A stretch of DNA of 64,000 bases. Origin: Eledone cirrhosa (taxonomy: Eukaryota). The stretch's first letter is position 1. Each line of letters opens with the position of its first letter. The notes under the pieces were generated by a model. The model searched no databases. It saw only the letters and a list, made by a program, of their open reading frames with translations, and was not told the origin of the DNA. Of this stretch, positions 1 to 13,069 are shown one piece after another. The translations under genes and the position numbers were made by a program. The DNA lies in the NCBI GenBank assembly GCA_964016885.1, contig OZ024744.1:120466001-120530000 (forward strand). Direction: 5' to 3'.

Positions 1-49
1 GATTCTCTCCTCAGACATTCTAACCACATCTCATAGTATCAGAGCTGTG

Positions 50-67
50 ATCTCTCAATTCAGAGAT
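50..67. other. 18-bp quasi-palindrome ATCTCT-C-AATT-C-AGAGAT, present at most monomer junctions (first instance)
   Basis: Read directly from the sequence; self-complementary except for one C/C mismatch. Confidence 0.9.
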
Positions 68-1153
68 TCTTTCCTGAGACATTCTAACCACATGTCATTG
101 TATCAGAGCTGTGATCTCTCAATTCAGATATTCTTTCCTGAGACATTCTAACCACATGTCATAGGATCAGAGTTGTGATCTCTCAATTCAGAGATTCTTT
201 CCTGAGATATTCTAACCACATGTCATAATATCAGAGCTGTGATCTCTCAATTCAGAGATTCTTTCCTGAGACATTCTAACCACATGTCACAGTATCAGAG
301 CTGTGATCTCTCAATTCAGAGATTCTTTCCTGAGACATTCTAACCACATGTCATAGTATCAGAGCTGTGATCTCTCAATTCAGATATTCTTTCCTGAGAC
401 ATTCTAACCACATGTTATAGGATCAGAGTTGTGATCTCTCAATTCAGAGATTCTTTCCTGAGATATTCTAACCACATGTCATAGTATCAGAGCTGTGATC
501 TCTCAATTCAGAGATTCTTTCCTGAGACGTTCTAACCACATGTCACAGTATCAGAGCTGTGATCTCTCAATTCAGAGATTCTTTCCTCAGCCATTCTTAC
601 CACATCTCATAGTATCAGAGCTGTGATCTCTCAATTCAGAGATTCTTTCCTGAGATATTCTAACCACATGTCATAGTATCAGAGCTGTGATCTCTCAATT
701 CAGAGATTCTTTCCTGAGACATTCTAACCACATGTCACAGTATCAGAGATGTGATCTCTCAATTCAGAGATTCTTTCCTCAGACATTCTAACCACATCTC
801 ATAGTATCAGAGCTGTGATCTCTCAATTCAGATATTCTTTCCTGAGACATTCTAACCACATGTCATAGGATCAGAGTTGTGATCTCTCAATTCAGAGATT
901 CTTTCCTGAGATATTCTAACCACATGTCATAGTATCAGATCTGTGATCTCTCAATTCAGAGATTCTTTCTTGAGACATTCTAACTCCATGTCCACAGTAT
1001 CAGAGCTGTGAACTCTCAATTCAGAGATTCTTTCCTGAGACATTCTAACCACATGTCATAGTATCAGAGCTGTGATCTCTCAATTCAGAGATTCTTTCCT
1101 GAGACATTCTAACCACATGTCACAGTATCAGAGCTGTGATCTCTCAATTCAGA

Positions 1154-1793
1154 GATTCTTTCCTCAGACATTCTAACCACATCTCATAGTATCAGAGCTG
1201 TGATCTCTCAATTCAGAGATTCTTTCCTGAGACATTCTAACCACATGTCATATTATCAGGGCTGTGATCTCTCAATTCAGATATTCTTTCCTGAGACGTT
1301 CTAACAACATGACATAGGATCAGAGTTGTGATCTCTCAATTCAGAGATTCTTTCCTGAGATATTCTAACCACATGTCATAATATCAGAACTGTGATCTGT
1401 CAATTCAGGGATTCTTTCCTGAGACATTCTAACCACATGTCACAGTATCAGAGCTGTGATCTCTCAATTCAGAGATTCTTTCCTCAGCCATTCTTACCAC
1501 ATCTCATAGTATCAGAGCTGTGATCTCTCAATTCAGAGATTCTTTCCTGAGACATTCTAACCACATGTCATAGTATCAGAGCTGTGATCTCTCAATTCAG
1601 ATATTCTTTCCTGAGACATTCTAACCACATGTCATAGGATCAGAGTTGTGATCTCTCAATTCAGAGATTCTTTCCTGAGATATTCTAACCACATGTCATA
1701 GTATCAGAACTGTGATCTCTCAATTCAGAGATTCTTTCCTGAGACATTCTAACCACATGTCACAGTATCAGAGCTGTGATCTCTCAATTCAGA
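1154..1793. repeat. Example of the basic 5-monomer (320-bp) higher-order repeat, two consecutive units
   Basis: Monomer A (CCTCAG...CATCTC) starts at 1154, 1474 and 1794. The order is A, B (consensus), C (TATTCT...GGATCAGAGTTG), D (GAGATATTCT), E (GTCACAG). The same order is seen at 1-320 and throughout. Confidence 0.92.
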
Positions 1794-2026
1794 GATTCTT
1801 TCCTCAGACATTCTAACCACATCTCATAGTATCAGAGCTGTGATCTCTCAATTCAGAGATTCTTTCCTGAGACATTCTAACCACATGTCATAGTATCAGA
1901 GCTGTGATCTCTCAATTCAGATATTATTTCCTGAGACATTCTAACCACATGTCATAGTATCAGAGCTGTGATATCTCAATTCAGAGATTCTTTCCTGAGA
2001 TATTCTAACCACATGTCTGTAGTATC

Positions 2027-2041
2027 AGAGCAGTATGCTCT
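2027..2041. other. Recurrent variant with the 6-bp-stem inverted repeat AGAGCA-GTA-TGCTCT (first of 10 instances)
   Basis: Read directly; it lies within each of the ten 60-aa pseudo-ORFs (the EQYAL peptide). Confidence 0.88.
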
Positions 2042-5000
2042 CAATTCAGAGATTCTTTCCTGCGACATTCTAACCACATGTCATAGTATCGGAGCTGTCA
2101 TCTCTCAATTCAGAGATTCTTTCCTGAGACATTCTAACCACATGTCATAGTATCAGTGCTGTGATATCTCAATTCAGAGATTCTTTCCTGAGATATTCTA
2201 ACCACATGTCATAGTATCAGATCTGTGATCTCTCAATTCAGAGATTCTTTCTTGAGACATTCTAACTCCATGTCCACAGTATCAGAGCTGTGAACTCTCA
2301 ATTCAGAGATTCTTTCCTGAGACATTCTAACCACATGTCATAGTATCAGAGCTGTGATCTCTCAATTCAGAGATTCTTTCCTGAGACATTCTAACCACAT
2401 GTCACAGTATCAGAGTTGTGATCTCTCAATTCAGAGATTCTTTCCTCAGACATTCTAACCACATCTCATAGTATCAGAGCTGTGATCTCTCAATTCAGAG
2501 ATTCTTTCCTGAGACATTCTAACCACATGTCATATTATCAGAGCTGTGATCTCTCAATTCAGATATTCTTTCCTGAGACATTCTAACCACATGTCATAGG
2601 ATCAGAGTTGTGATCTCTCAATTCAGAGATTCTTTCCTGAGATATTCTAACCACATTTCATAATATCAGAGCTGTGATCTCTCAATTCAGAGATTCTTTC
2701 CTGAGACATTCTAACCACATGTCACAGTATCAGAGCTGTGATCTCTCAATTCAGAGATTCTTTCCTCAGCCATTCTTACCACATCTCATAGTATCAGAGC
2801 TGTGATCTCTCAATTCAGAGATTCTTTCCTGAGACATTCTAACCACATGTCATAGTATCAGAGCTGTGATCTCTCAATTCAGATATTCTTTCCTGAGACA
2901 TTCTAACCACATGTCATAGGATCAGAGTTGTGATCTCTCAATTCAGAAATTCTTTCCTGAGATATTCTAACCACATGTCATAGTATCAGAGCTGTGATCT
3001 CTCAATTCAGAGATTCTTTCCTGAGACATTCTAACCACATGTCACAGTATCAGAGATGTGATCTCTCAATTCAGAGATTCTTTCCTCAGACATTCTAACC
3101 ACATCTCATAGTATCAGACCTGTGATCTCTCAATTCAGATATTCTTTCCTGAGACGTTCTAACCACATGTCATAGGATCAGAGTTGTGATCTCTCAATTC
3201 AGAGATTCTTTCCTGAGATATTCTAACCACATGTCATAGTATCAGAGCTGTGATCTCTCAATTTAGAGATTCTTTCCTGAGACATTCTAACCACATGTCA
3301 CAGTATCAGAGATGTGATCTCTCAATTCAGAGATTCTTTCCTCAGACATTCTAACCACATCTCATAGTATCAGAGCTGTGATCTCTCAATTCAGATATTC
3401 TTTCCTGAGACATTCTAACCACATGTCATAGGATCAGAGTTGTGATCTCTCAATTCAGAGATTCTTTCCTGAGATATTCTAACCACATGTCATAGTATCA
3501 GATCTGTGATCTCTCAATTCAGAGATTCTTTCTTGAGACATTCTAACTCCATGTCCACAGTATCAGAGCTGTGAACTCTCAATTCAGAGATTCTTTCCTG
3601 AGACATTCTAACCACATGTCATAGTATCAGAGCTGTGATCTCTCAATTCAGAGATTCTTTCCTGAGACATTCTAACCACATGTCACAGTATCAGAGCTGT
3701 GATCTCTCAATTCAGAGATTCTTTCCTCAGACATTCTAACCACATCTCATAGTATCAGAGCTGTGATCTCTCAATTCAGAGATTCTTTCCTGAGACATTC
3801 TAACCACATGTCATATTATCAGAGCTGTGATCTCTCAATTCAGATATTCTTTCCTGAGACGTTCTAACAACATGTCATAGGATCAGAGTTGTGATCTCTC
3901 AATTCAGAGATTCTTTCCTGAGATATTCTAACCACATGTCATAATATCAGAACTGTGATCTCTCAATTCAGAGATTCTTTCCTGAGACATTCTAACCACA
4001 TGTCACAGTATCAGAGCTGTGATCTCTCAATTCAGAGATTCTTTCCTCAGACATTCTAACCACATCTCATAGTATCAGAGCTGTGATCTCTCAATTCAGA
4101 GATTCTTTCCTGAGATATTCTAACCACATGTCATAGTATCAGAGCTGTGATCTCTCAATTCAGAGATTCTTTCCTGAGACATTCTAACCACATGTCACTG
4201 TATCAGAGCTGTGATCTCTCAATTCAGAGATTCTTTCCTCAGACATTCTAACCACATCTCATAGTATCAGAGCTGTGATCTCTCAATTCAGAGATTCTTT
4301 CCTTAGACATTCTAACCACATGTCATAGTATCAGAGCTGTGATCTCTCAATTCAGATATTATTTCCTGAGACATTCTAACCACATGTCATAGTATCAGAG
4401 CTGTGATATCTCAATTCAGAGATTCTTTCCTGAGATATTCTAACCACATGTCTGTAGTATCAGAGCAGTATGCTCTCAATTCAGAGATTCTTTCCTGCGA
4501 CATTCTAACCACATGTCATAGTATCGGAGCTGTGATCTCTCAATTCAGAGATTCTTTCCTGAGACATTCTAACCACATATCATAGTATCAGTGCTGTGAT
4601 ATCTCAATTCAGAGATTCTTTCCTGAGATATTCTAACCACATGTCATAGTATCAGATCTGTGATCTCTCAATTCAGAGATTCTTTCTTGAGACATTCTAA
4701 CTCCATGTCCACAGTATCAGAGCTGTGAACTCTCAATTCAGAGATTCTTTCCTGAGACATTCTAACCACATGTCATAGTATCAGAGCTGTGATCTCTCAA
4801 TTCAGAGATTCTTTCCTGAGACATTCTAACCACATGTCACAGTATCAGAGCTGTGATCTCTCAATTCAGAGATTCTTTCCTCAGACATTCTAACCACATC
4901 TCATAGTATCAGAGCTGTGATCTCTCAATTCAGAGATTCTTTCCTGAGACATTCTAACCACATGTCATATTATCAGAGCTGTGATCTCTCAATTCAGATA

Positions 5001-6138
5001 TTCTTTCCTGAGACATTCTAACCACATGTCATAGGATCAGAGTTGTGATCTCTCAATTCAGAGATTCTTTCCTGAGATATTCTAACCACATGTCATAATA
5101 TCAGAGCTGTGATCTCTCAATTCAGAGATTCTTTCCTGAGACATTCTAACCACATGTCACAGTATCAGAGCTGTGATCTCTCAATTCAGAGATTCTTTCC
5201 TCAGCCATTCTTACCACATCTCATAGTATCAGAGCTGTGATCTCTCAATTCAGAGATTCTTTCCTGAGACATTCTAACCACATGTCATAGTATCAGAGCT
5301 GTGATCTCTCAATTCAGATATTCTTTCCTGAGACATTCTAACCACATGTCATAGGATCAGAGTTGTGATCTCTCAATTCAGAGATTCTTTCCTGAGATAT
5401 TCTAACCACATGTCATAGTATCAGAGCTGTGATCTCTCAATTCAGAGATTCTTTCCTGAGACATTCTAACCACATGTCACAGTATCAGAGATGTGATCTC
5501 TCAATTCAGAGATTCTTTCCTCAGACATTCTAACCACATCTCATAGTATCAGACCTGTGATCTCTCAATTCAGATATTCTTTCCTGAGACGTTATAAACA
5601 CATGTCATAGGATCAGAGTTGTGATCTCTCAATTCAGAGATTCTTTCCTGAGATATTCTAACCACATGTCATAGTATCAGAGCTGTGATCTCTCAATTCA
5701 GAGATTCTTTCCTGAGACATTCTAACCACATGTCACAGTATCAGAGATGTGATCTCTCAATTCAGAGATGCTTTCCTCAGACATTCTAACCACATCTCAT
5801 AGTATCAGAGCTGTGATCTCTCAATTCAGAGATTCTTTCCTGAGACATTCTAACCACATGTCATAGTATCAGAGCTGTGATCTCTCAATTCAGATATTAT
5901 TTCCTGAGACATTCTAACCACATGTCATAGTATCAGAGCTGCGATCTCTCAATTCAGAGATTCTTTCCTGAGACATTCTAACCACATGTCATAGTATTAG
6001 AGCTGGGATCTCTCAATTCAGAGATTATTTCCTGAGACATTCTAACCACATGTCATAGTATCAGAGCTGTGATCTCTCAATTCAGAGATTCTTTCCTGAG
6101 ACATTCTAACCACAAGTCATAGTATCAGAGATGTGATA

Positions 6139-6182
6139 TCTCAATTGAGAGATTCTTTCCTGAGATATGTTAACCACATATC
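6139..6182. other. Recurrent variant with the perfect 12-bp palindrome TCTCAATTGAGA and the 7-bp-stem inverted repeat GATATGT-TAACC-ACATATC (first of more than 30 instances)
   Basis: Read directly at 6139-6150 and 6164-6182. It recurs at about 11030, 13265, 16150, 19225, 22630 and onward to about 62860. Confidence 0.9.
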
Positions 6183-9100
6183 ATATTATCAGAGCTGTCA
6201 TCTCTCAATTCAGAGATTCTTTCCTGAGACGTTCTAACCACATGTCATAATATCAGTGCTATGATCTCTCAATTCAGAGATTCTTTCCTGAAACATTCTA
6301 ACCACATATCTGTAGTATCAGATCTGTGATCTCTCAATTCAGAGATTCTTTCCTGATACATTCTAACTACATGTCATAGTATCAGAGCTGTGATCTCTCA
6401 ATTCAGAGATTCTTTCCTGAGACATTCTAACCACATGTCATAGTATCAGTGCTGTGATCTCTCAATTCAGAGATTCTTTCCTGAGATATTCTAACCACAT
6501 GTCATAGTATCAGAACTGTGATATCTCAATTCAGAGATTCTTTCCTCAGCCATTCTAACCACATCTCATAGTATCAGAGTTGTGATCTCTCAATTCAGAG
6601 ATTCTTTCCTGAGACATTCTAACCACATGTCATAGTATCAGAGCTGTGATCTCTCAATTCAGATATTCTTTCCTGAGACATTCTAACCACATGTCATAGG
6701 ATCAGATTTGTGATCTCTCAATTCAGAGATTCTTTCCTGAGATATTCTAACCACATGTCATAGTATCAGAGCTGTGATCTCTCAATTCAGAGATTCTTTC
6801 CTGAGACATTCTAACCACATGTCACAGTATCAGTGCTGTGATCTCTCAATTCAGAGATTCTTTCCTCAGACATTCTAACCACATCTCATAGTATCAGAGC
6901 TGTGATCTCTCAATTCAGAGATTCTTTCCTGAGACATTCTAAGCACATGTCATAGTATTAGTGCTGTGATCTCTCAACTCAGATATTCTTTCCTGAGACA
7001 TTAGAACCACATGTCATAGGATTAGAGTTGTGATCTCTCAATTCAGAGATTCTTTCCTGAGATATTCTAAACACATGTCATAGTATCAGATCTGTGATCT
7101 CTCAATTCAGAGATTCTTTCTTGAGACATTCTAACTGCATGTCCACAGTATCAGAGCTGTGAACTCTCAATTCAGAGATTCTTTCCTGAGACATTCTAAC
7201 CACATGTCATAGTATCAGAGCTGTGATCTCTCAATTAAGAGATTCTTTCCTGAGACATTCTAACCACATGCCACAGTATCAGAGCTGTGATCTCTCAATT
7301 CAGAGATTCTCTCCTCAGACATTCTAACCACATCTCATAGTATCAGAGCTGTGATCTCTCAATTCAGAGATTCTTTCCTGAGACATTCTAACCACATGTC
7401 ATTGTATCAGAGCTGTGATCTCTCAATTCAGATATTCTTTCCTGAGACATTCTAACCACATGTCATAGGATCAGAGTTGTGATCTCTCAATTCAGAGATT
7501 CTTTCCTGAGATATTCTAACCACATGTCATAATATCAGAGCTGTGATCTCTCAATTCAGAGATTCTTTCCTGAGACATTCTAACCACATGTCACAGTATC
7601 AGAGCTGTGATCTCTCAATTCAGAGATTCTTTCCTGAGACATTCTAACCACATGTCATAGTATCAGAGCTGTGATCTCTCAATTCAGATATTCTTTCCTG
7701 AGACATTCTAACCACATGTTATAGGATCAGAGTTGTGATCTCTCAATTCAGAGATTCTTTCCTGAGATATTCTAACCACATGTCATAGTATCAGAGCTGT
7801 GATCTCTCAATTCAGAGATTCTTTCCTGAGACGTTCTAACCACATGTCACAGTATCAGAGCTGTGATCTCTCAATTCAGAGATTCTTTCCTCAGCCATTC
7901 TTACCACATCTCATAGTATCAGAGCTGTGATCTCTCAATTCAGAGATTCTTTCCTGAGATATTCTAACCACATGTCATAGTATCAGAGCTGTGATCTCTC
8001 AATTCAGAGATTCTTTCCTGAGACATTCTAACCACATGTCACAGTATCAGAGATGTGATCTCTCAATTCAGAGATTCTTTCCTCAGACATTCTAACCACA
8101 TCTCATAGTATCAGAGCTGTGATCTCTCAATTCAGATATTCTTTCCTGAGACATTCTAACCACATGTCATAGGATCAGAGTTGTGATCTCTCAATTCAGA
8201 GATTCTTTCCTGAGATATTCTAACCACATGTCATAGTATCAGATCTGTGATCTCTCAATTCAGAGATTCTTTCTTGAGACATTCTAACTCCATGTCCACA
8301 GTATCAGAGCTGTGAACTCTCAATTCAGAGATTCTTTCCTGAGACATTCTAACCACATGTCATAGTATCAGAGCTGTGATCTCTCAATTCAGAGATTCTT
8401 TCCTGAGACATTCTAACCACATGTCACAGTATCAGAGCTGTGATCTCTCAATTCAGAGATTCTTTCCTCAGACATTCTAACCACATCTCATAGTATCAGA
8501 GCTGTGATCTCTCAATTCAGAGATTCTTTCCTGAGACATTCTAACCACATGTCATATTATCAGGGCTGTGATCTCTCAATTCAGATATTCTTTCCTGAGA
8601 CGTTCTAACAACATGACATAGGATCAGAGTTGTGATCTCTCAATTCAGAGATTCTTTCCTGAGATATTCTAACCACATGTCATAATATCAGAACTGTGAT
8701 CTGTCAATTCAGGGATTCTTTCCTGAGACATTCTAACCACATGTCACAGTATCAGAGCTGTGATCTCTCAATTCAGAGATTCTTTCCTCAGCCATTCTTA
8801 CCACATCTCATAGTATCAGAGCTGTGATCTCTCAATTCAGAGATTCTTTCCTGAGACATTCTAACCACATGTCATAGTATCAGAGCTGTGATCTCTCAAT
8901 TCAGATATTCTTTCCTGAGACATTCTAACCACATGTCATAGGATCAGAGTTGTGATCTCTCAATTCAGAGATTCTTTCCTGAGATATTCTAACCACATGT
9001 CATAGTATCAGAACTGTGATCTCTCAATTCAGAGATTCTTTCCTGAGACATTCTAATCACATGTCACAGTATCAGAGCTGTGATCTCTCAATTCAGAGAT

Positions 9101-12100
9101 TCTTTCCTCAGACATTCTAACCACATCTCATAGTATCAGAGCTGTGATCTCTCAATTCAGAGATTCTTTCCTGAGACATTCTAACCACATGTCATAGTAT
9201 CAGAGCTGTGATCTCTCAATTCAGATATTATTTCCTGAGACATTCTAACCACATGTCATAGTATCAGAGCTGTGATATCTCAATTCAGAGATTCTTTCCT
9301 GAGATATTCTAACCACATGTCTGTAGTATCAGAGCAGTATGCTCTCAATTCAGAGATTCTTTCCTGCGACATTCTAACCACATGTCATAGTATCGGAGCT
9401 GTCATCTCTCAATTCAGAGATTCTTTCCTGAGACATTCTAACCACATGTCATAGTATCAGTGCTGTGATATCTCAATTCAGAGATTCTTTCCTGAGATAT
9501 TCTAACCACATGTCATAGTATCAGATCTGTGATCTCTCAATTCAGAGATTCTTTCTTGAGACATTCTAACTCCATGTCCACAGTATCAGAGCTGTGAACT
9601 CTCAATTCAGAGATTCTTTCCTGAGACATTCTAACCACATGTCATAGTATCAGAGCTGTGATCTCTCAATTCAGAGATTCTTTCCTGAGACATTCTAACC
9701 ACATGTCACAGTATCAGAGTTGTGATCTCTCAATTCAGAGATTCTTTCCTCAGACATTCTAACCACATCTCATAGTATCAGAGCTGTGATCTCTCAATTC
9801 AGAGATTCTTTCCTGAGACATTCTAACTACATGTCATATTATCAGAGCTGTGATCTCTCAATTCAGATATTCTTTCCTGAGACATTCTAACCACATGTCA
9901 TAGGATCAGAGTTGTGATCTCTCAATTCAGAGATTCTTTCCTGAGATATTCTAACCACATTTCATAATATCAGAGCTGTGATCTCTCAATTCAGAGATTC
10001 TTTCCTGAGACATTCTAACCACATGTCACAGTATCAGAGCTGTGATCTCTCAATTCAGAGATTCTTTCCTCAGCCATTCTTACCACATCTCATAGTATCA
10101 GAGCTGTGATCTCTCAATTCAGAGATTCTTTCCTGAGACATTCTAACCACATGTCATAGTATCAGAGCTGTGATCTCTCAATTCAGATATTCTTTCCTGA
10201 GACATTCTAACCACATGTCATAGGATCAGAGTTGTGATCTCTCAATTCAGAAATTCTTTCCTGAGATATTCTAACCACATGTCATAGTATCAGAGCTGTG
10301 ATCTCTCAATTCAGAGATTCTTTCCTGAGACATTCTAACCACATGTCACAGTATCAGAGATGTGATCTCTCAATTCAGAGATTCTTTCCTCAGACATTCT
10401 AACCACATCTCATAGTATCAGACCTGTGATCTCTCAATTCAGATATTCTTTCCTGAGACGTTCTAACCACATGTCATAGGATCAGAGTTGTGATCTCTCA
10501 ATTCAGAGATTCTTTCCTGAGATATTCTAACCACATGTCATAGTATCAGAGCTGTGATCTCTCAATTTAGAGATTCTTTCCTGAGACATTCTAACCACAT
10601 GTCACAGTATCAGAGATGTGATCTCTCAATTCAGAGATGCTTTCCTCAGACATTCTAACCACATCTCATAGTATCAGAGCTGTGATCTCTCAATTCAGAG
10701 ATTCTTTCCTGAGACATTCTAACCACATGTCATAGTATCAGAGCTGTGATCTCTCAATTCAGATATTATTTCCTGAGACATTCTAACCACATGTCATAGT
10801 ATCAGAGCTGTGATCTCTCAATTCAGAGATTCTTTCCTGAGACATTCTAACCACATGTCATAGTATTAGAGCTGGGATCTCTCAATTCAGAGATTATTTC
10901 CTGAGACATTCTAACCACATGTCATAGTATCAGAGCTGTGATCTCTCAATTCAGAGATTCTTTCCTGAGACATTCTAACCACAAGTCATAGTATCAGATA
11001 TGTGATATCTCAATTGAGAGATTCTTTCCTGAGATATGTTAACCACATATCATATTATCAGAGCTGTCATCTCTCAATTCAGAGATTCTTTCCTGAGACG
11101 TTCTAACCACATGTCATAATATCAGTGCTATGATCTCTCAATTCAGAGATTCTTTCCTGAAACATTCTAACCACATATCTGTAGTATCAGATCTGTGATC
11201 TCTCAATTCAGAGATTCTTTCCTGATACATTCTAACTACATGTCATAGTATCAGAGCTGTGATCTCTCAATTCAGAGATTCTTTCCTGAGACATTCTAAC
11301 CACATGTCATAGTATCAGTGCTGTGATCTCTCAATTCAGAGATTCTTTCCTGAGATATTCTAACCACATGTCATAGTATCAGAACTGTGATATCTCAATT
11401 CAGAGATTCTTTCCTCAGCCATTCTAACCACATCTCATAGTATCAGAGTTGTGATCTCTCAATTCAGAGATTCTTTCCTGAGACATTCTAACCACATGTC
11501 ATAGTATCAGAGCTGTGATCTCTCAATTCAGATATTCTTTCATGAGACATTCTAACCACATGTCATAGGATCAGATTTGTGATCTCTCAATTCAGAGATT
11601 CTTTCCTGAGATATTCTAACCACATGTCATAGTATCAGAGCTGTGATCTCTCAATTCAGAGATTCTTTCCTGAGACATTCTAACCACATGTCACAGTATC
11701 AGAGCTGTGATCTCTCAATTCAGAGATTCTTTCCTCAGACATTCTAACAACATCTCATAGTATCAGAGCTGTGATCTCTCAATTCAAAGATTCTTTCCTG
11801 AGACATTCTAAGCACATGTCATAGTATTAGTGCTGTGATCTCTCAATTCAGATATTCTTTCCTGAGACATTAGAACCACATGTCATAGGATTAGAGTTGT
11901 GATCTCTCAATTCAGAGATTCTTTCCTGAGATATTCTAAACACATGTCATAGTATCAGATCTGTGATCTCTCAATTCAGAGATTCTTTCTTGAGACATTC
12001 TAACTGCATGTCCACAGTATCAGAGCTGTGAACTCTCAATTCAGAGATTCTTTCCTGAGACATTCTAACCACATGTCATAGTATCAGAGCTGTGATCTCT

Positions 12101-13069
12101 CAATTAAGAGATTCTTTCCTGAGACATTCTAACCACATGTCACAGTATCAGAGCTGTGATCTCTCAATTCGGAGATTCTCTCCTCAGACATTCTAACCAC
12201 ATCTCATAGTATCAGAGCTGTGATCTCTCAATTCAGAGATTCTTTCCTGAGACATTCTAACCACATGTCATTGTATCAGAGCTGTGATCTCTCAATTCAG
12301 ATATTCTTTCCTGAGACATTCTAACCACATGTCATAGGATCAGAGTTGTGATCTCTCAATTCAGAGATTCTTTCCTGAGATATTCTAACCACATGTCATA
12401 ATATCAGAGCTGTGATCTCTCAATTCAGAGATTCTTTCCTGAGACATTCTAACCACATGTCACAGTATCAGAGCTGTGATCTCTCAATTCAGAGATTCTT
12501 TCCTGAGACATTCTAACCACATGTCATAGTATCAGAGCTGTGATCTCTCAATTCAGATATTCTTTCCTGAGACATTCTAACCACATGTCATAGGATCAGA
12601 GTTGTGATCTCTCAATTCAGAAATTCTTTCCTGAGATATTCTAACCACATGTCATAGTATCAGAGCTGTGATCTCTCAATTCAGAGATTCTTTCCTGAGA
12701 CATTCTAACCACATGTCACAGTATCAGAGATGTGATCTCTCAATTCAGAGATTCTTTCCTCAGACATTCTAACCACATCTCATAGTATCAGACCTGTGAT
12801 CTCTCAATTCAGATATTCTTTCCTGAGACGTTCTAACCACATGTCATAGGATCAGAGTTGTGATCTCTCAATTCAGAGATTCTTTCCTGAGATATTCTAA
12901 ACACATGTCATAGTATCAGAGCTGTGATCTCTCAATTCAGAGATTCTTTCCTGAGACATTCTAACCACATGTCATAGTATCAGAGCTGTGATCTCTCAAT
13001 TCAGATATTATTTCCTGAGACATTCTAACCACATGTCATAGTATCAGAGCTGTGATCTCTCAATTCAGA

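Larger units (their letters stand above)
1..12173. repeat. Two copies of a 76-monomer (4,869-bp) unit; the first carries an extra 38 monomers (2,435 bp)
   Basis: Marker GATTCTCTCC occurs at 1, 7305 and 12174. Private variants (CATGTTATAG, TCAGGGCTG, CTGTCAATTCAGGG, ATTTAGAG) recur at offset 7,304. GATGCTTT and later markers recur at offset 4,869. The ORF track agrees (1968, 4403, 9272). Confidence 0.9.

Noticed and set aside
88-97. p53 half-site around ACATGT
   Set aside because: CCACATGTCA misses RRRCWWGYYY at three flank positions and has no adjacent second half-site.
1-320. 320-bp 5-mer as a dinucleosome-phasing unit
   Set aside because: This is a numerical coincidence only. Frequent 3- and 4-monomer variants break the period, and there is no chromatin evidence.
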